Shown here piece by piece: positions 13,710 through 25,535 of a DNA stretch of 64,000 bases. Each line of letters starts with the position of its first letter. Positions within the stretch are counted from its first letter, which is position 1. The DNA lies in the NCBI GenBank assembly GCA_964252035.1, contig OZ176202.1; one strand, written 5' to 3'. The position numbers and the translations under genes are program-made. Below the pieces are notes generated by a model. The model made no database searches. It saw nothing but the letters and a program-made list of their open reading frames with translations, and had not been told where the DNA came from. The stretch is from Podarcis erhardii. Taxonomy: Eukaryota.

Positions 13710-14459
13710 AATTTATGTTCATTCTGAGTAGGACTTAGTTGACTACAACCCCATGGATCCTAAATAACTTGCAATGTACAAGGGAAAGGGTTCTGGGGGA
13801 CAGTGTTCAGTGGACAGCAGGAGCTCTCTTAGGTATTCTGGGCCCAGTATATAGGACATTAACAGTAAGACGTATTCCCTTGAAATTAGGATGGAAAGAA
13901 ATTGGTAATCAACAGAGTTCCTTCAGTATTTGATATGCACTCTGGCAGCCTTTATTCATCACTACACTGACTGGCGCATTCTAGATCAACTCAAGTTTCC
14001 AAACTGTCTCCATAGGCATACTCCTCATACACCACATTTCAATAGTCCAGACTCCAGACAGAGTTTTCCAAGGCATGTCCAACCATAGCAAGGGCTCTGT
14101 TTTACAGAGAGTGATGTACCTGTTGTATCAGCCAAGGTTAACAGAACACATTTCTTTGCATAGCCTCTATATGAGAATTCAAGTTGTTCCCAGCCTAACA
14201 TGCTACTCTTTTAGGGAGAGTGTGACCCTACCTATGATGGGCAATTCTCCAGCTTTAGGACCACCCACCACAGGGAACTGTGCCTTCTGCAGATTAATTT
14301 TTCAATTATTCAGCCTCATGCAGTGCATGACTCATTCAAGGACAAAACTGTCATGTCTGGTTCAGATGGAAAGATGAAACAGAGCTTATGCTGATGTCAC
14401 CCACTCTAAAACTCTGGATGACCTCTATCAGTGGTCTCATGCAGAAGTTAAAAAACAAA

Positions 14460-14715
14460 GGAAGGGGACTAGATACCTTGAATATCAGATGCAAGCTTCT
14501 TCAGGGAATGACAATAGTATCCCACTTCTACCTTCTGGAATCTTTGGGCAACGAAGGAGTGAAACCACTGCAAATCAATACTCCATGAATTGATGTAGAA
14601 GGACACCATGCCTGAACGTATTAAAAGCTGCCAGGAGGTCCAGGAAAATAAACAAATCACATTTCCCCTGTCTTTTCCAAGAAGGGTCATCAACCAAGTT
14701 GACTGACACAACCCA
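14460..14715 (-). mobile_element. Degraded L2-type LINE RT fragment
   Basis: Frameshifted ...FLDLLAAFNT..HGVLL and LQWFHSF motifs. Confidence 0.6.
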
Positions 14716-15489
14716 CATTCTGGCTAGAAGCAAGATTGAAAAATGCCTGGTTAATATGCATCAAGCAACACTACCTAGAGATGCTCAGCCACAACTTGCT
14801 AGAAGAAATTGACCAAAAATGGAAGAGTGGAAACCCAGGCTATAGCTCTCCAATCATGTGGTCCTTTTTAAGGCAGCAGGCTCACTTGTGGTTTTTTCAA
14901 ACTAGTTGAAGCACTGGCTTCTCCTAAGGAAGTATTTTTCTCTTGGCAATTCAGCATGAGTCATGGTGGGTTGAGTGAACAAGTTGTAGGGTGAATAGAA
15001 GCAAGTCTTCTGCCTCACATGCCAAGAAATGGGATTAATCAAATAAAATCTGACTGGAGAAGAACTTGGATAACTCTAATACTAATATTGGGGAAATGGT
15101 GGTGTGAACATGAAATAGATATGAACAGCTTTATGTGCAAAAACCTGGCAAAACCAATGCAGTGGGCTACTGACAGTTCTAACCCTTCCCAAAATATAAA
15201 AGCTATTTAACCGCTTAGAGAAGTTCAGCTAGATCAGATTGTGTGGACACAGTGGTCAGAGAAAAGTAGTTGTGACCTTTGAGCCATATCCACCACTGAG
15301 TAAGCCTTCAAATGAGTTCAAAGCCATGTCTGATCAGATTTGCCACGAGTGTTTTTCCACCTGGATTTTATTAATTAATTCTTTATTAAGGTCCATGCTG
15401 AAACTGAGTAAGTCTGACAGTCCTTGGATCTAGTTGTGTTCAAATTGCATACCTTTAGCAGTCTTGTGTGTGTGTTCCTCTGCCATTAC

Positions 15490-15790
15490 TGTCATTTGTG
15501 GCATCCCTCAGGGATCTATTCTTAGTCCCACCACTGTTGACAATTTATATGTTGCCTGTGAGGCACCTTATTCATAAGTATAGGGATTGGCTTTCGCTAT
15601 TATGCTGATGAAACCCAGATTTATATTTCACTTAAGCACGATATTGATTCTGCTGCCTCTCTCTTGGAGGCTTGTTTGCTGGCCATAAAATTTTAAATGC
15701 AACTAAATTTCCTCCAGCTGAATGAAGCTAAAATTAAGGCACTAGAGCCAGGCCCTTTGCAACACTTTAAAAAATGCTGTCAGTCATCAA
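15490..15790 (+). mobile_element. Degraded L2-type LINE RT fragment
   Basis: Frameshifted G.PQGSIL.P and YAD(D/E)TQIY RT motifs. Confidence 0.65.
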
Positions 15791-16329
15791 GGTCCAGCTT
15801 AATGGGTTTGACATTAACAGCACAACTGAGGTAAGGGGGGGGGGATCTTCCTTTTCTTTATCTGAACCTTTAGCAAAAGTCCATGTATTTAGGACAATAT
15901 TGGGAGGGCCTGCGACTCAGTCAGAGCATTACAGAAGGTCCCAGGTTCAATCCTGGCTGCTCCAGTTTGGATCAGGCATTAGGTGATGGGAAACACCTCT
16001 GGAGAGTCATTGATCTGGAAGAGCAGTAATCCCCAAGCCAGAGCACACTAATTTTGCAACTGGCTGCAGAGGATGCTGCCTTGTATCTCTGAATGATTTG
16101 CTGTTCTGCATTCATGTCCTTCTGCTCAGACTCTATTGGATTTGGGTTATCCTGCTAAGAGTATGCATCAGGTGTCCTTTAGACTATTCAGTTGCCTAGT
16201 CTAGAAAGCAAGCAGAATTCCCATCCTCAGAGGAGGCTGAAACTCTGCATGACTGACAACTATGGACTTGTTTCCTCCAATTAGGAGACATGTCCAGAAC
16301 ATTGGCTCAGGAAGAAACATAGCAGTGGG

Positions 16330-16476
16330 CAGTGCTTTTTTTCCTGGGGAACGCAGGGGTACACATACCCCTAAACATTTTGTGAATCTAAGTTTGGCCT
16401 CATTGAGGGGCAGTATTTCAATATGAGCAGGAAAATGAGAGTACTTCTAAACATTTTTTTTAGAAGAAAAGGACTG
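16330..16476. mobile_element. hAT-type MITE
   Basis: CAGTGCTTTT...AAAAGGACTG termini; 8-bp TSD GCAGTGGG / GCACTGGG (7 of 8). Confidence 0.72.
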
Positions 16477-17014
16477 GCACTGGGCCACACTGAAGCTAGA
16501 TGATTTATACCCTGTCATTCTCTGAAAATAAAGTGTGTCTGGTCTACAAGAAGTTTGGGAAACACTGTGTTTGTGCACTATTGACTTTCTAAAATTTCCA
16601 ACCAACAGCTTGTCAAAACTCAGCATTCTACAGAGGCCTTCTCTTCAGGGAGGTTTACAAGCAGAGCATGATATTAATATCATGTTGCTGATCAGAGATA
16701 AACTGTATCTCAAAATGGGGAGTGGTACATATTTGGCTGTTATCCACTACCAGATCCATATAAACCATAAATTTATTTGGTCTTTCTAAAGAATTAGCTT
16801 CTTTTAGTGGCCATCATAACACTTCGTGGCCATGACAAGCCATGGGTTGAAAAAGCAAAAGCCTGAAGCTTTAGTTTGTCTTTATAGGGATGGGAAAGCA
16901 AGGTACAAATAAATGAAACTAAATGATTTATAAATAATAGTAATCATATAGTTGTCCATCTTGATATAATATTGTTATACTGCATTATTAGCTTTTTAAT
17001 ATGATTATCAGATA

Positions 17015-17150
17015 CAGTGCTATTTTTCTAGAAAAAGAGATGCTGGAACTCACCATGAACACCTCCCTTGTTCTCTTACAATGGCAATGGTTCCAACCTG
17101 AGAGGTACCAGAACTGTGTTCTGGAGAGTTCTAGCTGAAAAAAAGCCCTG
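17015..17150. mobile_element. Probable hAT-type MITE
   Basis: CAGTGCTATTTTT...AAAAAAGCCCTG termini; no clear TSD. Confidence 0.55.
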
Positions 17151-17175
17151 AACATACTGTATAATATAAATAGTA

Positions 17176-17400
17176 CAGTGGTACCTCGGGTTACAGGCGC
17201 TTCAGGTTACAGACTCCGCTAACCCAGAAATAGTACCTCGGGTTAAGAACTTTGCTTCAGGATGAGAACAGAAATCGTGCTCCGGCAGCGCAGCAGCAGG
17301 AGGAGGCCCCATTAGCTGAAGTGGTGCTTCAGGTTAAGAACAGTTTCAGGTTAAGAACAGACCTCCGGAACGAATTAAGTACTTAACCCAGGTACCACTG
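17176..17400. mobile_element. Tc1/mariner-type MITE, same family as 4287
   Basis: TA|CAGTGGTACC...GGTACCACTG|TA. Confidence 0.88.
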
Positions 17401-17446
17401 TATGATAGTGTGCTCTCTTGCTTCGCTGGCAGATGAGAAAATTATT

Positions 17447-17447
<1 letters not shown>

Positions 17448-17489
<42 letters not shown>

Positions 17490-17505
17490 GAATAATAATA
17501 GAATA
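17448..17505. repeat. (AAT)n microsatellite
   Basis: Visible directly. Confidence 0.9.
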
Positions 17506-19011
17506 ATAAATACATCAATAATTTTATTAGTTATCCCAAGCCACTCTGGGCAGCTTACAACATAACTAAAACCACAATACAAACATCAAAAACTTCTGTA
17601 AACTAAGCTCGATCTACGTATCCAGAAATCGTATTGCCATCACGCAAATGCAAGAGCCGTTTTTGCAGACCAGAGTTTATCCACCTTTGCAAACCTCTAT
17701 GAACAAGGAGGCTGTTTGTGATTCTATGTTTATTCATTAAACCAAACAAAGGTATCTGATTTATTGGCCCCTCCACATTAGTTATGAGCCTGTTATGGCT
17801 CTGCTCTCCCAAGACCTCCTTAGGTAGATTGTGATTCTGACATATTCAAACGCCATGACAAGCCTATCTTTTAAAAAGACATTAGTGTGAGTGCCATGGG
17901 AAAATACACCCCAGGGCTGTAGATGAATTGATATGATTTCCTTGATTGTATCTTTTTATTTATAAGGCATAATTTATGAGCACTGAAAAGCAAACTAAAA
18001 TGAGTGATGACTAACTACAGCCAAAGTAATAAATCAGCAGCACTGAAAGAAGTAGTGATTTTGATCGAATCTATTGAATTAGCTGTTGCCCTTAGCCATT
18101 ACAGGTATTGGAAAGACCTTTTAATATCTGCTTATCTCTCTCCTGGGAATGTTTTAACTATCTCATTATGTACCCATAGGAAACAAATTATTAAATTGTC
18201 TGCCTTTTGGAGTTAAACATGTTTGCATCTCATCTTCGTTACTGATGCATTAGAATATTAAAAGGAACAAGGTTTGGCTGAAACTTTGATAACCTTTTTT
18301 ATGTCAGACTTAAATACTTTGTTCTGCCTCTCCATCATGAAAAGAACAAGTTCTGGAAGCAGAAGTGTTGCTGCTGTTTCTAAAAAAAGACTTTACGTAT
18401 GAAGACCTATATATCCCAGAGTTGACCCACCAGATTTCATTATCCAGCAGACCAAGGCTACATCCGCACCATACATTTAGATAACTATTATACCACTTGT
18501 AACGGTCATTACTTTCCCCAAAGAATCCTGGGAACTGTAGTTTGTTGAAAGTGTTGTGAGTTCTTAGGAATGCCTCATTCTCCTGCCAGAGCTACAACTC
18601 TCAGAATGGTTTAACAATCAATCCCTCTTCCCAAGCAACTCTGCAAATTATAGCTCTGTGAGGGGAATAAGCGTCTTATAACAACTGCTCACCTGGGGCT
18701 CTGGGTGGGCAACATTTGCCACATGGCATGTTGGGTCTGGGGAGGCCACCATCTTACAACCCATCTTACGATCTTACTAGGAGCCATGCTTTCAGGCTAG
18801 TGGGCCCAAGCCTGTGCAACTCCCTCCCAACTGAGATTAGACAGCACCCACCCTCCTTGCTGAACTTCAGGTACATGACTAAGATTTCCTTATTCTGGCA
18901 GGCAATTTAAGGTAGTGTTCTATTTTATGATGGGGGTTTTTTATTGTCCCATTTTCTGTGGTTTGTTTTTATGTATACCACATAGAAACGTGAATGCTTC
19001 CGCATTAGATA

Positions 19012-19342
19012 AAGGTAAAGGTAAAGGGACCCCTGACCATTAGGTCCAGTCATGACCGATTTGGGGGTTACAGCGCTCATCTCGCTTCCGGGGCATGTGG
19101 CCAGCATGACTAAACCGCTTCTGGCGAACCAGAGCAGTGCATGGAAACGCCATTTACCTTCCCGCAGGAGTGGTATCTATTTATCTACTTGCACTTTGAC
19201 GTGCTTTTGAACTGCTAGGTTGGCAGGAACAGGGACCGAGCAACAGGAGCTCACCCCGTCGCGGGGATTCGAATCGCGACCTTCTGATCGGCAAGTCCTA
19301 GGCTCTGTGGTTTAACCCACAGCGCCACCCACGTCCTATCAA
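19012..19342 (-). mobile_element. Sauria SINE
   Basis: (AAGGTA)n tail and typical body; 9-bp TSD CATTAGATA at 19003-19011 and 19343-19351. Confidence 0.88.
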
Positions 19343-20975
19343 CATTAGATACATGTTTTAAATAAATAATTGCATGCTTGAGCTGCCTAACAATAAAACA
19401 ACAATACAGCAAGGAAAAAGTGCACGTTTAAACATATGATTCAAAAAGATGTCCCTAACATACTTTCATGGAAGTTAAAAGGAAGGCGTTCCACAGCATC
19501 TTCTTGAGGGGCTTACTCCAAAGTCTTAGCCGTTAGGCAACTGGGAAATCACATACATTTACAATGAAATGTTTAAAGGTTGGTCCGTTTTACATTAGTT
19601 CTATTGCAATAACAAAACATTTCCCTCCGTCTTTGTGGGAAAGCCAATGGGTCACTTGGAGAGATTGCTGTGTAGACAGTCACCAGAAGAATGGCTGTTT
19701 GGGGACCATTCTTCTGCCATATCTTATCGCAGAGGTCTGGAGCACAACCACTTGATATACCACCTTGGCTGCCCTTCTAGATTTGGTCATCTGACTGTTC
19801 CATTACCAGCCTGAAGGAGCAGGGCTCTGTGAAGCCACATTTTTCAGCTGCCAAACAAGATTCCATTCGCTATGCCTAGAATTCTTTCGTTCACTAAGTA
19901 GATGGATTCAACTAAGCTTTCCCTTTTTTTTCAAAGTGCTGTCTGGGCACGTGGCCAAGAAAATGAAGATGAAGACATCTGAATTACTGCTTGTGTAGAT
20001 GAATCTGGAGCCCTCTTATGGCTTTCTTAAGCCTGTGCACCTTCTAATGATGATAGAAATTTTGGCAGCGCTTTGGATTTGGGGGTCTGCGCAGCATGAT
20101 GTAAGATTAAATTATAAAGGAGGCAATATATAGTTGAAGAATTCAAGGCGCAAGTACTTTCTGTTCCCATTTCCCCTGCCATAGACCAGAAGACTTAGAC
20201 CTGAATCTATTACTCGAAGGATATTTCAAGATTCTCATATGAGAATTATAGGTATTCATCATGAATGCAGTATTAAAACTTCCAGGGATGGCTGTTATTA
20301 ACTTGTATGGTTATTAACTGGTGTGGTAGCTTAATGACAGCACTGGCCTTCATTGTCTAAAATAAATAGCATTCAACTTAGCTCATATACTCCTTAATTT
20401 AGTTTAAATCCAGCTTGTGCCATTTTCTCTGCAAATGTCTCTCAGCTCAGTGATTGCATCTCCACCCCCATATGTTGGGTGTGCACATGCAGTTCAAGTT
20501 TTAATTCTCTTCATAAGCAGCATATATTCCTTTAGAATAAGTTGGCTGGGCTTGATGAACTTTATGCTTCTCCTTGTTTTTGTTTCATCTTCTGTTTTAT
20601 CCATTCTTCCCTGCACAGGGGATCATGTCTCAGTAGATCTGCTTTATCCATCTGCTTTGTAAGGATGATAGTGGCATTTCTCCTTATGTGACTGTGCAAA
20701 TTTGCTAGAAGCTACAATAACAGAATTGAAAAGCTATAATTGACCTCCCCTCAATACACACAAAATAAGGGTCCAAACCCTCTCCCCATCTGCTAGTTTC
20801 CCCTAGGGATAGATGCACAAATTTGGGTGTCTTATTCTTCCAACCTCAAGTTCAGTTTGCCAAATTTATGCATCAGTTTGCAAAGGAGAATTAATGCAGG
20901 CAATGCAGGTGCAATGCCAAAAGAGCATACTCTCCAACTCCCTCATTTTTGTAGTGACCTTCTTTATTTCTGGTA

Positions 20976-21236
20976 CAGTCCTACCTCGGGTTACAGAAAC
21001 TTCAGGTTGTGCATTTTCAGGTTGTGCACCGCGCCGAACCTGGAAGTACCGGAACGGGTTACTTTTGGGTTTTGGCACTCGCGCATGCGCCGAAATACTA
21101 AATCGCGCTTTGCGCATGTGCAGAAGCGCCGAATTGCAACCCACACATGCGCAGATGCGCCGCTGCGGGTTGCGAATGCTGTAGGTTGCAAACGTGCCTC
21201 CCGCACGGATCACGTTCGCAACCCGAGCGTCCACTG
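20976..21236. mobile_element. Tc1/mariner-type MITE
   Basis: TA|CAGTCCTACCTCGGGTT...AACCCGAGCGTCCACTG|TA; CpG-rich interior. Confidence 0.8.
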
Positions 21237-21589
21237 TACTGGTTCACTGATACACTGCTGCCCTTATTTCGCCATTTGGGGAGCTCTGGGGCATGTCTTC
21301 ATGCAATCGCATACACAGTGTTGACTAAACTGGACAATCTTTCCATTTTCCAAGCCCCCAGAAGTTGAATATCTGGATGTGTTTGAGCTAGTAAGTGAAA
21401 ACCAGGCCCATTTAAATAAATATACTTTAGGTTTTTCCTTTAGTACGTTGACATACAGCAGCAGAGAAGGCCTTCCAATAATGTGTTCAAAACGAGTTGG
21501 GAGTTGTGAACCTGTAGAGAAAGTGTGTGGAAATAAGGAATTTCAATTTCCATGTGGGAAAAGCTGAGTATATGAAAGCTCCACTGTGG

Positions 21590-21775
21590 TTGGGAAGAAC
21601 GGCAGAGTACCTGCCTTGCACACAGAAGATCCCAGGTTCCATCCCTGGTATCTCCAGGCATGGCTGGGACTACCTTTAGTCTGAAATCCTGGAGTGTAAC
21701 TGCCAGTCAGTGTAGAAAATACAGAGCTGATTAGCCCAAATGTGTGATGTGGTATAAGGCAACTTCCTATGTTGC
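21590..21775 (+). mobile_element. tRNA-derived SINE (Squam3-like); further fragments near 11820-11900, 15905-16030, 42770-42925 and 43190-43290
   Basis: B-box GGTTCCATCCCTGG followed by the CTGCCAGTCAGTGTAGA...ATAAGGCAACTTCCTATGTT body. Confidence 0.6.
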
Positions 21776-24535
21776 TTAGCTTGCACCTCCTGCTTTGTGC
21801 AACTGCCAGTGGAGGAGGAAAGCAGCTACATGAAGGCATCCTTAGCATTTGGGTACCATCCAGCATAGCTAATTAACTGATTGAGATTATACAAATAATT
21901 TCAACATGGCCTCCTGAGAACATACACTAGGAGTTCGCTTTTAGAAATCAGTGTAGTGGAATTACACAGCTAGGGCCCAAACTGCTGTTTTCTTGGTTTC
22001 ATCAGCAACGAATACTGTTGTAGATGAGATTCTCCAGTTGCAGTTGAATCTATATTTTCCACATCACATTCCTGCTCTCCCAAACTTTTCCTTTTCAAAT
22101 TGCCAAAATTTCTCAACCGTTCATTCACAAGACTAGAAGGTTATACTGGTTTTCTTCTTTAAACGAAAGCAAAGCTTCCCCCCCCCCCAAAAAAGTGAAC
22201 TGACGAGATTGCATAAGAGCATGTTTTCGTGTAGATAGAACTTCTCAACGTGAAAGCTTACTAAGGAATTCTTAATACTAAAAATCACACAGACAGTCCT
22301 CTTGTATTGCCATTTAGATCTATCATTCTGATTGATCACTGTGTGTTTCACTATTATTGAGCCTAATTTAACCCTATACACTTACACATCCATCTACTCC
22401 ATCTATTGTACCTGACATTCTACAAATTACTTACTCATGCAAATGATGACCTAAGTCAACCTTTTATGCTATTCGTGTTTAATTATACAAATGATATTTG
22501 ATAAATAAGATTATACATCCTTCCATATGTTTATTCTCTCCTTGATGAAAGTGAAATTTAATTTTCATGCAGATTTGTTGGAGGCTGTGCTTAATAAGTG
22601 CTGAGTTTCATATAGTGTGCAGATTACTCTGGTTTTGGGAAGTTGACAAAAACAAAATTCGTTCACAGAGAAGAGCTGTTTTTAATTAGATGCAATTCTA
22701 GTGACCGGATCTTGGAATCGTAGAATTGAAAACCATGCGTGTTGATTGATAGAACAAAATGAATATAACAAAGTGAGCATTTTGGCAAAAGCAGTATGAA
22801 TAATAGAGAAGATGCTGACTTGTGTTCTTTTTGAGAGGGCATTTCCATATTAAGCAATAAATGAAATTTGATGTATGATCAATTGAATTAATGCCATTAG
22901 AAGAAGAAAAAACCTTCAGTAACTAAAGTCTTGTCTCATTTACTGAATAAGAGTAAAGAGAACATCAGAAATATACTGTTTGGTTGACTGACCAGAATAT
23001 ACCACCTGGTCTACATAGCGCTGCCATACCTCAAGGCAGCATTGATGATTGCCAACATTTCACACAGAGGTCAGTTCCATAGTTATCCTACATCTTCCAC
23101 TGATGTTTCCTGCTGATGAAGGAAAACACCAATGGAGAAGTGGAAGGTTATGGCGCATGCAATAGTCTGGGCTGCTAGGAGAGTCTGTACTACTGCAATG
23201 TTTCGCCTTTCCATGCTACCCAGCCTAGCATAAAACTTATCTGTTGAAAGTTGAATGGACACTCAACTGTGCTGGAAAGACAGAAATATTGAGAGCACTG
23301 TAATAGCATTTAGCAGAAACCTTAATGAGAAAGAATGGTTCTTTTCAAATAACTGAATTCTTAAATATAGGTTAACCTGTTCCTGCATATGTGTACGTAT
23401 GCACCTGGGCACTTCTTCAGCTGTTCAGATATGAAGTGTGTTTATTTGAAAAATAAAATCACCTAGCAGCCTAGTCACTCATGTGTTTGCTGCAACAGTG
23501 TAGAAAGTTAGGTTGCAGTAGGATGTTCAGTGAAGCAAGGGAATAATTTCATCTTGCAATACTGTCTGTCACTTGTAATTACCAGAGGTGCTACTAGGGT
23601 GAACCTATGGCATGCAGATATTTACCTACGTATGCCAAATGTTTTGGGGTTGGTTATGAGCTTGGGAATATTAAATTGGGAGGGTGCTCTAGTTTACTGG
23701 GTAGAAACACACTAATTTAAAGACTTTATTTAGAGATTGTTTGGGGTAATTAATGGGGTTATGAAAGAGAGTTGAATTTGATTTGGAGCAGGATTTCTTG
23801 CGAAATTAATTGAGGGTAAATGAATTCAAGAGAAGCTGACTTTGAGTGATCTAGGGTGGGGCGAAGATTAACTGAATAATTTATTTGGGGTGATTTGGAT
23901 AGGAAGTTTGCTGGCTGGCTATGTGAAGTTTAAATTCTAAATGTGTGTTTGTTTAATACACACACAAACTCATTAACAAGCATATGCAAATATATGCCCC
24001 TTTGTGTTTTAAGTTCCTAGCAATTTTCCTGCTAATTAGTGTGCCAGACTTGAATGTAGCTTTTTAAGATGTCCAAAATGCCTAGAAAGGTCTGTGAGAT
24101 GTCTCCCTTGCTCTTGAATCTGTCCTGCCGCCACAAGACCTTGCAATTGCCTGTATGTGCTGTGCAACAACATCTGCGTCCACCGTTGGCCTGTGGCTAG
24201 CAATGCTGGCTTACCAGTGGGGGAACTTAGACCTTTGCTGATGTATTACATTTGTTAGCTTCAAGGGATTTTGTATTGGAGTGGGTGTGGCAAGGTTCAG
24301 TTGACCAAGCCTGCTTTATCTTTGAGTAAAAATGGTCTAGATGGTTTGTTGTTACCTTTTAAGTCCTTTATTGATGGACTTTTTTTTTTGTTTGTTTAAT
24401 TTGGTTTACTAGTTGATTTGATTTGGTGTGTGGGTGTGTTGGTGGTCCATTGTTTGAATTCAGCACTTTTATTCAACTTGTTTAGTTTAAACAGCTTTTA
24501 TAAATTTTGCCATTTTTACCTTCTGTTACATTGTA

Positions 24536-24766
24536 CAGTGGTACCTCGGGTTACATACGCTTCAGGTTACATACGCTTCAGGTTACAGACTCTGCTAACC
24601 CAGAAAGATTACCTCAGGTTAAGAACTTTGCTTCAGGATGAGAACAGAAATTGCACAGCGGCGGCGGGAGGCCCCATTAGCTAAAGTGGTGCTTCAGGTT
24701 AAGAACAGTTTCAGGTTAAGAACAGACCTCCGGAACGAATTAAGTACATAACCAAAGGTACCACTG
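24536..24766. mobile_element. Tc1/mariner-type MITE, same family as 4287
   Basis: TA|CAGTGGTACC...GGTACCACTG|TA. Confidence 0.88.
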
Positions 24767-24845
24767 TACTTTTATGAGGTTTTGTTCCTTATTAGCCACC
24801 ACGAATGCTATTTGTAGAAAGGCGGCACACATACTTTTAAAAATA

Positions 24846-24873
24846 CAATGGTGCCCCGCAAGACGAATGCCTC
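24846..24873. mobile_element. Left end of a Tc1/mariner-type MITE split by the Gypsy insertion
   Basis: TA|CAATGGTGCCCCGCAAGACGAA matches the inverse of the right TIR TTCGTCTTGCGAGGCACCACTG|TA. Confidence 0.88.
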
Positions 24874-25472
24874 TGTGATGGCCTGGGATTCCGATTCAGA
24901 GGATGAACCAGAGGAATCCCAGCCTGCACAGGAGTCCCCGCCTCCAGGGCCGGCTGAACTGGGGCAAGGCCTAGATGCTGAAGAGCCTGCACCTGTGACA
25001 GAGCATCAGGAGCTGGCCCCAGGTGAAGCCCTTCTGGCCCCAGAGGGGCTTGACGACTCAGTGGCCACAGGTGAGCCTCCTCCAGGGCCCAGTAACCCTT
25101 CGGCCTCTCCTGATCTGCAGAGGCTTAGGGCAGAGAGGCGAAGGGAACTGGTTGCCCCCAGGAGGAGTGCTCGCCTTAAGGCCAGAGGAGGCGGGGCTCC
25201 TGGGGGTCGGGACCGCCCCCGGCCTTAGAAGAGGATAAAAGCCCAGTCAGCCTGGCCCCAGGTTGCGGGAGCAACGTCGTTGTTGGCTTTGGACCTTCCT
25301 GTGTTCCTGATCCCTGCTTGGCCTCCTGTTCCTGACTATCCGGTGTTCCAGTTCCCAGCTCGGCCTCCTGTTCCAGCGTACCTGTTCCCCGCCCGGCTCC
25401 CCGTCTTGGACCTCGCCCCTCTTCGTGTGGACTCTGCTTACACCCACGGTACCTTCCCCCGGGACCAGCACA
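24874..25472 (+). repeat. 5' LTR (599 bp)
   Basis: TGTGATGGCC...GGGACCAGCACA; no difference from the 3' LTR found by eye. Confidence 0.96.
25233..25241 (+). promoter_or_regulatory. TATA-like box of the LTR (GGATAAAAG)
   Basis: Only A/T-rich stretch in the GC-rich LTR; about 30 nt upstream of the inferred start site at 25265. Confidence 0.7.
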
Positions 25473-25474
25473 GT

Positions 25475-25484
25475 TTGCTCCCGC
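25475..25484 (+). promoter_or_regulatory. Self-priming primer-binding site TTGCTCCCGC
   Basis: Starts 2 nt after the LTR end; exact reverse complement of LTR 25265-25274 (GCGGGAGCAA); no TGG-type tRNA PBS. Confidence 0.8.
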
Positions 25485-25535
25485 CACACCCGCACTCCCC
25501 CTTAGTTGGGGTGCGTTCGGGAAGAGCCAGAGGCC

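Noticed and set aside
23600-24500. G/T-skewed stretch resembling a reversed LINE
   Set aside because: Manual translation gave stops and no identifiable motif; cannot be assigned.
24848-24877. ATG extending the U3 ORF to 126 aa
   Set aside because: The ATG comes from a point change in the host MITE terminal repeat (CAGTGG to CAATGG) and is in frame by chance.
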